Source of the DNA: Alloascoidea hylecoeti
Lineage: Eukaryota
DNA length: 64,000 bases
NCBI GenBank assembly: GCA_001600815.1
Contig: BCKZ01000006.1
Location: 1,088,137 to 1,152,136, forward strand
Direction of reading: 5' to 3'
Part shown: piece by piece, positions 22,815 through 34,600 of the stretch
Numbering within the stretch: the stretch's first letter is position 1
How the letters are laid out: every line of letters begins with the position of its first letter
Made by a program: the position numbers and the translations under genes
The notes under the pieces: generated by a model
What the model was told of the DNA's origin: nothing
Database searches by the model: none
What the model saw: the letters and a program-made list of their open reading frames with translations, nothing else

Positions 22815-24473
22815 TTAAAAGAAAAAGATTGCAATTGTTGAAGAAATGAATAATAAAATAAACTTATAATCAAAAGGTGTTGTTGTAATTGGTGATGATA
22901 ATGAAGAGCCAGAACCTTTAGAAGATGAACTTTTAGCAGAACTTTTAGCAGAAATTGAATTTGAGGTAGTAGTTGGTCCAGCACCAGAAGCAGATCCAGA
23001 TCCAGATCCAGAAGGATAATTTATTGTTTTTTCAGTTGGATTAGGAGCAATTTGAGAACCATGATAATCAGTCATTACAAATGATGACTGGGAAACTTGA
23101 TTATCGTTTGGTATACCATTTTTACCATTTGTAATTAATTTAATATTTGAATCAGTTGAATTAGCAATAGCTTGAGCTAAAGAAACTTGATTATTATCTA
23201 AATCATAAACAGCATAAACAGAAGTTAAAAAAGCATCACCTAAAACAAAATAATCTTCACCACCACCTTGTGGTAAAATTTGAATAATATAAATCTTATT
23301 TCCCTTTGATGATTTAACAGGTGAACCATCATTATAAGTTAATGGACTTACTAAATTTTTTAATTCAATAATAATGTCAACACCAAAAAATTGAAAATTT
23401 AATGATTCATATTTAATTGAATCAATATTTTCTATAATAAATGCACCTGCTTGTTTTGAATATACGGCACCTAATTTTGTCATTATTGACTCAATATAAC
23501 TTGATGGAGCATAAATTGCAGTTGTACCAGAATCTAATAATACAGGAACTTCATCATTAAAAAAAGTATCATTACCAGAAGCCCCAATACCTTGAATACC
23601 AGTCATTAAAACCTTTAATTCATATGGTGATGAAATACCTGATGGTATTAAAACATCTTGAGCAACTAATGGATGAACAAATTTTGCTTCATCAATTGCA
23701 CCAAAAAGAATTGAACCTTCACTAGCATTTGGATCATTTAAATATAAACTATAAGCATTTGATTCAATTAATCCAGCTTTAACTAAAGCAATTGGGAAAT
23801 TATCATAAGTAAAACCATTACCAGTATTTGTATATGTTGTTTCTAATAATTTATAACCAATTCCTAAAACTCCAACATCTGAATCAGTTTGAAGACCAAC
23901 TGCAAATGAAAAAGAATTTAATTTAATATTAGTACCCGGTATTGAGATATTATCTGTACCCCATTCTCCAGTTGATGAACTTCCATCACCATATTTAATA
24001 GAAAATTCAACACTATTATTTACTTTAAAACTTGTTGATTCATGTTCATTAAATGTACCATAATCTGAACAATGTAATTTTTTTGATTCACAATATGGAT
24101 TTGTTGATGAAACAACCCATGTATCTGAACTACCAGTATCAATTAACAAACCAACATTTTGATTTGTTGAACCAATTGTCATATTAATAATATAAAAAGT
24201 TTGAGCATTTATTAAAGAAATTTCATCTAATGATGATTCTGCTCTTTTATGAATTGAATTTTTAATTGAATTAACTGGTGGTTGATGTTTTGTAAATGGA
24301 ATTGATAAAACTTTTGATAATGATTCATCATTTGAATATGAGGTTTTTGAACGTGGTAGCAAATTTAATGAACCAGCTGAACTATCAATTGATGGTGGGA
24401 TAAATATATTTTTAGCTTCAGATGAAAGAACCATTATCATTAAAAATGATGAAACAAATAAATTCAATAACAT
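22815..24473 (-). CDS. Secreted, probably GPI-anchored aspartic protease (yapsin/SAP-like)
   Basis: Signal peptide, KR propeptide site, catalytic DTGSSD and DSGTT, LGDAFL, Ser-rich stalk and hydrophobic C-terminus. Confidence 0.92.
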   Translation of the reverse strand: MLLNLFVSSFLMIMVLSSEAKNIFIPPSIDSSAGSLNLLPRSKTSYSNDESLSKVLSIPFTKHQPPVNSIKNSIHKRAESSLDEISLINAQTFYIINMTIGSTNQNVGLLIDTGSSDTWVVSSTNPYCESKKLHCSDYGTFNEHESTSFKVNNSVEFSIKYGDGSSSTGEWGTDNISIPGTNIKLNSFSFAVGLQTDSDVGVLGIGYKLLETTYTNTGNGFTYDNFPIALVKAGLIESNAYSLYLNDPNASEGSILFGAIDEAKFVHPLVAQDVLIPSGISSPYELKVLMTGIQGIGASGNDTFFNDEVPVLLDSGTTAIYAPSSYIESIMTKLGAVYSKQAGAFIIENIDSIKYESLNFQFFGVDIIIELKNLVSPLTYNDGSPVKSSKGNKIYIIQILPQGGGEDYFVLGDAFLTSVYAVYDLDNNQVSLAQAIANSTDSNIKLITNGKNGIPNDNQVSQSSFVMTDYHGSQIAPNPTEKTINYPSGSGSGSASGAGPTTTSNSISAKSSAKSSSSKGSGSSLSSPITTTPFDYKFILLFISSTIAIFFF

Positions 24474-24979
24474 TTTTTTGAATATTTGTTAATGATAATG
24501 AATGGGATATTTTGAAGGATGGAAGAAGTCTAGAAAAATATAAAATATACGAAAAATAATCATTTTAAATTAAATTAATTTAAAGTTTTTTTTAAAGAAG
24601 AGACGCACAATTTCGACGTCACAGATTTAATTCTGCACTGCCATAAACATAATAAATCTGTGAACAATCGATTATAATTAAACGTTTAAGGGAAAATTTT
24701 AAGCATCTGTTTTCTAATTTCTTTACTGTTATATTATACGTGAAAGTATTATTATCATTACTTGCATAGAAATATTGAACCTGCAGTTAAACAATAATAA
24801 TAAGTACAAGAATATGTATTAAACATGGGTAACAAAACGGGTAGTTGCAGCTAAATAGTAAAGACAAAAGATTACTTTCCCATAATTCATGTATTTAGAA
24901 GTAATCACAATAGAACTTTGTTATCGGTAATATATTTGATGCAGCCTCATTTTTTTTGGCTATAGATGATAATAGTATT

Positions 24980-26090
24980 ACACTTCGCCACTAGATACCT
25001 GGCAAGACCTTAAACTGTTCATGAAATACATCACAAGGACTCGTAGATATTATAGATTCTAGTATTACTGAACACTAAATGATGATACAGTATATAAAAT
25101 GGCGTTTTAGGTTCAGTATTTAGTGTTGTGGCTAGAATGCCATTGACGGCTGTCCATACTATCACAAGAGTCATGGAGTCAATCGGATCATCAATGATAC
25201 CACGATTTATATGGTTCCAAATAGTTGAGGAGATTTTAATGATAAATATTTCTTCTTTTTGATATCATGTGAAAGGCTAGCTCTTAGTCTCATCTTTTGT
25301 TTAGTTTTGCCACAGGTTCTCAATAGGATTGGGGTATGAGGAATAAGCCAGCAATTCTATAATAGAATCTATACCAATTAATTGTGACTTTTGCTATATG
25401 GATTGATACACTGTCTCCGTTATACAGTATAATACCGAGTCTGCCAAGCCGGATTAAGTGCTTATTTGATTTAAAGTATGACGATCAGCCTCATCAATTT
25501 TCAAACGGAGTCTCAGCCCCGACTGTAATATGTTAAACTATGTTTTGATCATTGCTTAATAATCGATTAGACACGAGGAAGATTATTGGAAAAAAATTAA
25601 AAATGAGGTATCAAGGTTCTATACAACGTTACGTTAACATTTTGTTCTTTTTTACTTTCTTTCTTTCTTTCTCAACGAATTGTAGTGCTGCTTTTTTTCA
25701 ATAAGGAGACCGATAAGCATTGGAGGGTAATAATTGATGGTATTCAAGATAGGATGGTTCAACACCCTTTATTAGGCACATAGTCGTTGATATTCGAGTT
25801 GCTATGGGAGCTACATTTTCAATATCTGATGTTGAAGTGAACTCCTGTAGTCCAAGCAATCCATTTTTGAATAGTGTAGTAGGAAATTTCACTTTCTACT
25901 CAAATTTTATCATGATTTTTGCAATCTCGGAGAAAATGGAGTTAAATTTGTGTGAATATGAATCTTTACATTCACAGAGTATGTGTTTGATTGCTACAAT
26001 ACCCTACTTCTTAACAATCATAGCCACAGCCAATACCATTTATTATACATGATTAAATAATCTAATTTTAATGTTTGTCCTTAACAATCC
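24980..26090 (-). mobile_element. Decayed Tc1/IS630-like transposase remnant
   Basis: Minus-strand fragments DSVSIHIAKVTINWY (cf. DNAxxH), PNPIENLWQ (cf. SPDLNPIENLW), IDSM and HNTKY* (cf. GxxTKY*) occur in the correct order. Outer limits are approximate. Confidence 0.7.
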
Positions 26091-26680
26091 GGTAGTTCTA
26101 GCTACCAAAATAAAAGGATATAATAGAAAAGTCGGTAATTCTCTAAAGAAAAACAATTATGTGCTAATATTTTAATCTCGACATGCTCTACGCAAAACAT
26201 TCATTTTGTGATTAGAGTTTATTTGCTCTTGCTTTCCCGACTACATTAGAGTTTCCATTAATGACACCTGCATGATGGAATTACTCGCCATACCTTATCA
26301 TGGGAGTTCATAATCATATAATGGTTAATTTATAATTATCAACCGATCGTGAGAAAACATAGAATATAATTATGATTCAAATATTCGAGGATACTGTAGT
26401 TTACATGTTAAAAAATATTACAAGGATAATTAAATAATGGCCATATTTATAATTAACTGCTCTTGGATCGAAAATCATATCAATTACTCTGATGCATGAT
26501 ATTATAACGGTAATAACTAAACAACAAAACAACTTCATTCATTTTTAGGCATTTGACCTTTTAGGAACATACTTATGTTGTAAAATTTTTATCTCTATGT
26601 TTTTTAATATAAATAGTACTTTTTGTCTTCCCTGCTCTTTTACCTTCCTTATCAACTCAAAACTTTTATTATTATTAATA

Positions 26681-27103
26681 ATGGTTTCCAAAACTATTCC
26701 GTCCCGTATTATTTTTCAAGACAAAACTTTGAATAGTTCAGTTGAAGCTTCATCAGCATCCAATGAATTCATTTCTACTTCAATTTCCAGTACCAACTCT
26801 TCAGATAATCATACATCATCGGCCTCAAATTCTAATGGTCAAGTGGATTCTAAAAAGTTGAAATCATCGGATAACGACACGATAGAAATCAAATTATGTG
26901 ACGAATATGAAGAAACGTCGGGTTTCAAAATAATACCAGCTATTGGTCCTTTACAAACTGAGTTTCAATCTCGTTATCTAGTAATACGATCTAGTACAAA
27001 TCCTAAAAAAGTCTCAAAGGGAGATGTTTTAAAAGCCAACCGAAAAGATTATAGCATCACCAAAACTCCATACAGAATAGGAGCCTCAAGAGATTTTTGC
27101 TAA
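26681..27103 (+). CDS. Hypothetical Ser-rich protein, 140 aa
   Basis: Open frame MVSKTIPSR... with TATAAATA ~70 bp upstream and a pyrimidine-rich leader. No recognisable domain. Confidence 0.45.
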   Translation: MVSKTIPSRIIFQDKTLNSSVEASSASNEFISTSISSTNSSDNHTSSASNSNGQVDSKKLKSSDNDTIEIKLCDEYEETSGFKIIPAIGPLQTEFQSRYLVIRSSTNPKKVSKGDVLKANRKDYSITKTPYRIGASRDFC

Positions 27104-28032
27104 TCGGATTATAATAATGTATTTATATTCTCATATTTATATATGTTTAATATTAATGTAATCAATGAAAATAATATCACCGTGCGTTCAATTTGACTTT
27201 TTTCATTTGAAACATTGGTGGATTATGTGGCTGAATGTTTACTCTTCAAAGTGGCCAGAATTATTTGAATAACCGGTAGCATGATATTTTTATTATTATG
27301 CTAATATTAAACATATATATATATATATGTAAATATGAATACCATGATTATGATTAACATAATATATATAAAAGTAACAGGACTGTATATCTAAGTATGT
27401 GTGCACGTGAGATTCCAAACGCATCCAAATAGATTCAAACCGGTGAAAAATGCAGCCACTTCATCACCTCCATATACTTCTCATGAACCCAATTGAAGCC
27501 GATTCCAACTTTACTTTTGAATATACTATTCTGCATGTGTATCCAAGAAATCCCATCAACCACCTATCTCAACCAAAAAATGTGAGATATTATTACAATA
27601 TATCAGAAGGTAAGAAGCACTAAGGGTATAATCCCTAAAAAGATCGATCGAGCTTCGCGATTACTGGGACTCATCTTTTTAATCTCCAGATGATCATAAT
27701 ATTATTAAAGTTCGTAGAGGATTGAATAGTCGAAAAAGAGCAACCAAAAAATTCGAGAAAATTTTCATTTTATACAAGGAGTTACTACTTAAGATATGTA
27801 AACCCACTGAGTTTTTATAAGAACCTTATGAAGCACGGTTGGAAAATTGAAATTTTGATTTATGCACTTGGATAAAGCAGGAGACTTTACTAACATATCT
27901 CATATTAGCACACACCATAGTGCTCGAGAAGAGATATTGGCTTATTATTTACAGTAAACTATCAAAGGTTAATATTAAGTCTATTTATAGCTATTTTCTT
28001 CTAGATTAGAATTGACAATGCGGACATTCTTT

Positions 28033-28865
28033 TCAAAGGTATATTGCGTCTTTTAATGAACCTTTTAACTTATTTTCAAGCGGAGCTGTATGTATCACCC
28101 TGTATTTCTGCTGGAAATCCCTATAACATAAATACTAGAATGAGTCCATTAATTCATTTCTAGATTTTCTTCAGATTTAAGGGAAGTTTCAATCGGGTTT
28201 TGTTTAACTGTTGAAATACTCATTTCAAAAAGTTTAGTTAGTTGGATTTCTTTTTAGAATCAGAATTACGCTCAATCTCGTTAAATGTAGTACTAGAAGT
28301 GAAATGTTTAAAGCTTAAGGATGAGTTTCCTTTGGATGAGTGTAAAAGAGACAAATGCACGCGCTTAGAAAAGTCCAAGCTGTTAGTTCTGAGTTAGTTA
28401 TATTATAAATAATAATAATAATAATAAATATGTGTCTTTCGTCTGGGGTATTAAGCTATAATTAAACCGATCGTGATGAAAATAATTAGATAATTAAATA
28501 CAATATAGTTATAATTCAGATATTTGGAGAGATTAAAGTTGAAAAATCAAAGGAAATTAAAGGGATAATTAAATAAATGCCATATTTATAAATGATTCTT
28601 GGATCGAAAATCATATTGAGAAGATGTTTAGTCAGAATACGTACTTCATTCGCTTAGTTTGGTGTCTATTTCATTTTAGGATTACAATTAAGGGAAATCT
28701 CGCTTAGAATGATTCTAGAATTTGTTTTATTTGTATTTGAAAAGAAGGACCCCTTTTAGTGTTTTCACTTATGAAATTTCCAGCAGAAATTCAGTGTGAT
28801 ACATACAGCTCCGCTTGGAAGAAAATAGGCTAAATGATTCTTTAGGAGACGCAATATATCTTTAA
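28033..28865. repeat. Inverted repeat with ~115-bp arms (28033-28147 / 28746-28865), probably Tc1-transposase derived
   Basis: caagcggagctgtatgtatcac.ctg.atttctgctggaaat matches the reverse complement at 28776-28817. The arms translate as FQQKxxVIHTAP (cf. FQQDNAxxHT). Confidence 0.8.
28465..28615 (+). repeat. Direct copy of 26341-26480
   Basis: Shared blocks aaccgatcgtga, ggataattaaataa..gccatatttataa and tcttggatcgaaaatcatat, in the same order. Confidence 0.8.
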
Positions 28866-29178
28866 TTTGGCACTGCTTTGGAAATTATAATCAAGCATTA
28901 GAATTACAACATATTTAAGAACAGAATGATACTTATTCCGATTACAGAGACTACCTTCCTTCCTAATTCTCCCACATCAACTGTGTTAATGTCGTGCTGT
29001 TACACTTGAATTGTACTTTACTTATCGGTATCTGTAAAATAATAAAGAATCTTTTCAAGGACTAACATCAATGTGATCTACTTGTAAATAATATTAAGGA
29101 CAGCTTCGGTATCATACTCACATATATAATATTTATTGAATTAACGTTTATACGCAATTTATGTTAATTATATACTTA

Positions 29179-30294
29179 TCATTTTGTATCAAAAGGTCTA
29201 ATAACTAATTTTTCATTAGATACTTTATTATCTTTGGATACCAAATATGCTTCATTTAATGAATTCAATCCATTTGGAAGAACCTTAACTGGAATATGTT
29301 TAATTAATCCTTTATTAACAGCCTCAGCAACAACAGGTTGAAATTGTTTTACAAATTCAGCAATTTCAGGATTAGAAATTTTATCGGGACCAATGAAATA
29401 AAAAGGATCACCAGATGAAAAATATGCTAAAGTTTGAGTAATTTTAACATTTGATTTAAGATTTTTAATATCTTCTGATTTAACTCCTAATAAATTATCA
29501 AAAATAACAGGTTTTGTTGAAGATACTGAATCATGGGTTGCTTGAATAGTATTTGGTAATGAAATTGTATCTAATGCATAAACAATATTTTCACCTCCAA
29601 TAGATTTAATTTGATCAACAACATCAGAATCATGATAATCAACAACAAAATCTGCTCCTAATTCTTTTAATTCATCATGGTTTTTCTTAGATGCTGTCGC
29701 AATTACTTTCCATCCAATAAGTTTACCAAATTGAATTGCAACTTGTCCAGTTGATGAAGCACCACCCCAAACTAATAAATATTTTTCTGATTCTTCAGGT
29801 TTAGTTTTACTCAATCCAAATGATCCTCCTAAATTATGTAACAAACTAATTATAATAGTTACTAAAGAAACACCTAATGTAGAAGCACCTTCGAAAGTAG
29901 TTGGAATACCCCTTGGAATCTCATCAGATTCGGATCTTTTCAAACTATCCAATTTAAAAAATGCGTGAGATTTAAGAGCACCGTATTGTGCGAAAGATCC
30001 AGTGTGTGGTCCAGCTTTATTGGAACCGTGTATTAAACCAATTCCGACATCTCCAACGGAGATATTGGTTACTTCAGAACCAATCTTAACTACAGTACCT
30101 GCTAAATCACATCCTGCGATGGCACCAGGTCCAGTTAACCCATAAAAGAGATGTTTCCAGTCTGTGGGGTTAATTGCAGCAGCTTCGATCTTAACAAGGA
30201 TTTCGTTTGGTTTAATGGAAGGGACTGGAACTTCCTTGATGATGAGGGAATCTGTTCCTGTAACAGCAGCCGTTTGTTGTGATGGAATTGACAT
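29179..30294 (-). CDS. MDR-family enoyl-reductase-like oxidoreductase (YNL134C/YLR460C/ToxD-like)
   Basis: AAINPTDWKH, GCDLAGTVV, LLVWGGASSTGQ and DYHD motifs. Confidence 0.9.
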   Translation of the reverse strand: MSIPSQQTAAVTGTDSLIIKEVPVPSIKPNEILVKIEAAAINPTDWKHLFYGLTGPGAIAGCDLAGTVVKIGSEVTNISVGDVGIGLIHGSNKAGPHTGSFAQYGALKSHAFFKLDSLKRSESDEIPRGIPTTFEGASTLGVSLVTIIISLLHNLGGSFGLSKTKPEESEKYLLVWGGASSTGQVAIQFGKLIGWKVIATASKKNHDELKELGADFVVDYHDSDVVDQIKSIGGENIVYALDTISLPNTIQATHDSVSSTKPVIFDNLLGVKSEDIKNLKSNVKITQTLAYFSSGDPFYFIGPDKISNPEIAEFVKQFQPVVAEAVNKGLIKHIPVKVLPNGLNSLNEAYLVSKDNKVSNEKLVIRPFDTK

Positions 30295-31149
30295 TTGTGA
30301 CAGATATTCAATTGAGGTGGATTTAAAAAGATTTGAAGCGAAAGTTGATGCTTTTATATTACCGGAAGAATTGCGATAACTGGGGTCGCTTAATTGATGA
30401 TTGATAATAACATCATATATTTATGCTTATTAATTATATTCCAGACCCTTCTAATAAATAATAATTATAATTCAAAGAAGCGATGTCAGCGAAGTTTGGA
30501 AAAAAAGTGGAGTTAGCGGAGTAGATCATTATCATAACTTCTTTATGATTCCATGAAGCCGTATAAATTTAGTGAAACAATTATTATTATTAATTGGATT
30601 TGTTGTAATACTCTATGATCCAGATGATCCTGTACCTGTGGGTGTTGTTGGTATCGACTAATAACTATATTCTATAACTATATTCTATTAAAGTTCACAA
30701 ACGACACGACGTCTATAATCTTATAAGAGTACAATCTAAGATGATGGAGTTCTCAAAAGAGAATACTTCATGAATAGTTTGTGATTATAAAAGTCTATAA
30801 TCCTAAGGATCCAATCACACACACACATCTAATAATAATCTCTGAACTTTTAAAAGTCTATGATATCATAAGAATCCATTTTAAGCGAACTATACCCCCT
30901 AAAAGAATTAGTTTTAGCAAAGCTGATGTACGAGATGTAGACAGATAGCAGTCAGGAAAGAGTTGAAGGAAAATGAGTGGTCCACACACAGACAAAATAA
31001 TATCCCTATAATGTGTTTTATCTAGAATATTTAAAGAAACGAATATTCTGTAGTTTTTAATAAAATAATCAAGTCAATCAGACATTACAATTTAACAAGA
31101 TAAACAATTTATTTTTAACATTAGTTAAATACTTTAAAGCTTATTTAGA

Positions 31150-31918
31150 TATAGACAATCCGGGTAACACAAAATTACACACAGAGTTAACTATGGGAGA
31201 AGCATTATTCAATGAAGTCAATACCTGTTAATGGGCTGTAAGATTAAAAGTTTGACTTTTATATTTGTTGATTGCCATACTAAAACATGCTCTTACCTGA
31301 AACTCTGTTTTCTTGGACGAAACCCTCATTCTTTTGTTTAATTGTTGACGAAAACCCCTATGTTTGAGAATATTGATCTACAATATTTCCAGCTTTAGAT
31401 CCTGTACTTGTCAAAAATGATAGTGAATGATCCAATAATCTCATTCTAACTCCGTTTACCAAACTTTCAGAAGATACTAAATTACAAATCAGTTTCCAAC
31501 TTTCAGGTACAACATAGTGGGGTGGAATCCTCTTATCGAAGTAAGTCTCAAATCTTGTTAATGCTGCAATGCAAGGAATAACTTCAATTACAAGTTGTAT
31601 TCCTTACATGGCAAAGTTAGCAAGATTTGAGAGTTACTTCGATAGGAGAATTCCTCCAACTATCTTGTACTTGAAAGTTGGAATGTCATTAGTTTCTTCT
31701 AATTAGAGGATTGGTAAATGTAACTAGAATGTATCTATTGAATTATTTTACTTCATTATCACATTATCTAAAGTCGGAACTACTGATATTTCCAAATATA
31801 TTCCTTCGATAAGTAAATAAAAGAATGTGGATTTTGATTTATGAGGGCCCAGTTACCTGTGAGACTGTGTTTTAGTATGACAATCATCAAATATAAGGCC
31901 AAACTTTTAATCTTACAG
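31150..31918. mobile_element. Helitron/PIF1-type helicase remnant duplicated as a palindrome (arms ~31236-31584 and 31592-31918)
   Basis: Right arm (+): IPPTILYLKVG ... RAQLPVRLCFSMTI.KY.GQTFN. Left arm (-): IPPH..YLKVG..ICNLVSSESLVNGVR ... VRACFSMAINKYKSQTFN ... GIDFIE*CFSHS*LCV. These match the Helitron helicase C-terminal motifs PPHxLxLKVG, NGTR, QFPVRLxFAMTINKSQGQT and FSHGQLYV. Confidence 0.8.
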
Positions 31919-32825
31919 TCATCCTGAAAAGAATACAATTACAACCTTTCACGAAAATGAAAATAGTGAAAGAATAAGATTTCAATAATTATACGTGATA
32001 AAGTAACTATGAAGCTAATATTTATGTAATCCCAAATGGATCTAAAGATAGTCATCATATACTTTATTTGTAGTATCGTATTATCGATCCTCTTGACGGG
32101 TACAAACGAGGGTTTCAATGATCTTCCCCCAAACCTTTAATATATTCCAATTCATTTATATAAATCTCTTCAGAGACCTAGATAGTTTTAAGTAATTAGG
32201 TACATACATACAATAAATGTGTCTTAAACTTTAGATGTTTATTTCAGTTCATTTATTCACACAACTGGATGACCTGATTTCGTGGCTTCACAGTACCATC
32301 ATTTCGTCTCATAAAAACTTAATTACGTGTATAAGACAGGTTTAAGGTTTAAGGTTTAAGATATCATATCAACAAATGATATCGCAAAGATAAGTGAAGA
32401 ATATTTTAATAGTATGATAATAAGTTTGACCGTTGTAATTCTGCTGAGTTCAGGAATGATAGTCGGCCGAGTTGGAAATTGGTGATCGTGGGCTTAAAGC
32501 CTTAAACTAATAATGTCAATTTTCAACCCAAGACATTTTGATTGATTTTGACGATCGATATCATATATTATACTAATTAACTAGGTTGTTATTGAAGATG
32601 CCTGCTCTTTTTTTTATTGCGGGGATGTCGAATGACTCGTGTGACCTTTTGGTGTAACAAATCAATTTCCAATTGGGAATAATTAAAAAAGCGAAATAAC
32701 CGTTGAAATTCCGAAGTTTGCGAATATCTAAGTTTTAATATTTTATTTCTTTAGTATATCTATTTTAGTTCCTAATAAAGTACTATTATAATTCTATTAT
32801 CTATGTTTATGTTTGTTTATATTAT

Positions 32826-33857
32826 TTATTGAATTGATCTGAAAAAATCCATACAAGAAGTAAAAACAACTAATAAAATACCACCACCTGGACCTAATCT
32901 TAAGACTTTTGGTAAATAACCTTTATATAAAGCACCAAAACCTTCTTCTTTAAAAATTGTATAAACACCTGGGAAAGCCCAATTATATTTTGGTACAACA
33001 CCAGGTATTTTAGTAGTTGATTGAATTCTTGATTTAACAACATCAAATGGAGTATTTATTGTTGTACCAACAGTACCACCAATTGCACCACTTAATAAAT
33101 CGTTTAAAGTTTTTTCAGTTGATGATTTTGCTTTTGGTAATAATTCACGGACTTTGAAAATAACGCCAAAATAACCAGCATTCCAAGCGATATGTCTCCA
33201 TAATGTTGATTCTAAACCTTTATATAATGCTAATATACCTTCTTGTTTAACAACTTTTGAAACAACATCGATCATACCATTATATTTTCCAATTGATGAT
33301 TTATCTTGTAAACGGATTTTAACTAATTCAAATGGTACAACTACAATTGCCTCAGTTGCTCCTGCTGTTGCACCTGTTAAAACAGATAATGGTTGATTCA
33401 TTTTTTCCATTCCAAATTGTCTTCTGTAGAATTTCCCCCACTCATCATTAGCAGCAAACTTAGTAGCACTTTTAAAATGACATTTTTATTAGTTATTTGT
33501 GAGTAATAATGATATTTATTGTATAGTATGAACTTACCGCTTTGGTGCTTCCATAAGAATTGGAGCTGTTATACCACGATATAAGGCAGAAACACTAATT
33601 AATATTGATTATGGTTAGTAAAATATAAGATTATGATAATGAGAGTGTCAGACGTACCCCTCATGTTTGATAATCTTGGAAAAACAATCAAACATGCCAC
33701 TATAAGCATCTTTCCCAGTACCTTTACCAACTTGTAATTGAACTCTGGTCTTAATGACATCCAAAGGATACATAAGCAAGATTTCGGAAACACCAGCAAT
33801 AGCGCCGGATGCAAACTGATAAATGAAAGGCAGAGGTTTATCGTTGGGAGATGACAT
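32826..33857 (-). CDS. ODC1: Mitochondrial 2-oxodicarboxylate carrier; exons 33857-33658, 33594-33538, 33468-32826
   Basis: KPLPFIYQFASGAIAGVSE, PLDVIKTR, MEAPKRATKF, PFELVKIR, PFDVVKSRIQ and KVLRLGPGGGILL. Introns are phase-consistent. Confidence 0.92.
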
Positions 33858-33961
33858 TATTTAGGATGAGTGAAGAAACAGAAATTTAAAAAAAAGAGAT
33901 CCGGACCAAACCAAAAAGGAGTAGAAGTAATAAAGATGTTTTTTGAAGGAAAGAAGCTAAA

Positions 33962-34005
33962 GAGTCATAAACAATAATGAAAAATGGGGAGATCTGGCCG
34001 GGTAA
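33962..34005. promoter_or_regulatory. Gcn4-like GAGTCAT and Reb1 CCGGGTAA upstream of the ODC gene
   Basis: GAGTCAT at 33962-33968 and CCGGGTAA at 33998-34005. CPA1 has the same arrangement. Confidence 0.55.
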
Positions 34006-34600
34006 CTGTGTGGTGCATTATGGGTAAAGTCGGGTGTTTGTAATCGAATATTATTTATACCTAATGGGCAAGTGGGGAGGTGGGGGTTACCGATTTACTG
34101 GAGTTGGAGGGTCAGCCTTGTACGATTATAATTATATTATGCACACACTCGGGTATTCGTGTTTGCTATTTCCATGTGAACTTCCGACAACTTTAATCGT
34201 GATGGGCACCCACGTTTATTTGGTTGTGGGTATGATGGTTCCCAATTCCCATACTAGTAGGAACTAGTAGGGACTAGTTCCTACAGTATCAGCTAGAACC
34301 CTATACTTTACATTGCTTACAGCACGGATTACAATCTACAATGACTGCTAGGCTGTGCTAGCACTGTTCCGGTATTTGAAATTGGTTACCTTCTTTCTGT
34401 TATTTTCGGGATATATTAGCAAAAAGTTAGAATATCGGTTCGCGATTTAGATCATAATTAATTGGTCGATCCTTTAAATTAATTAGCATCTGATCAGTAT
34501 TGAAAAGATATAAACTTCTCATTTTGACATGTGTTGATGAATACTTTTCAGCCTTGAGCGTCTAAATTAGTTAGTGAACCCGATATAACAATAATCATCT

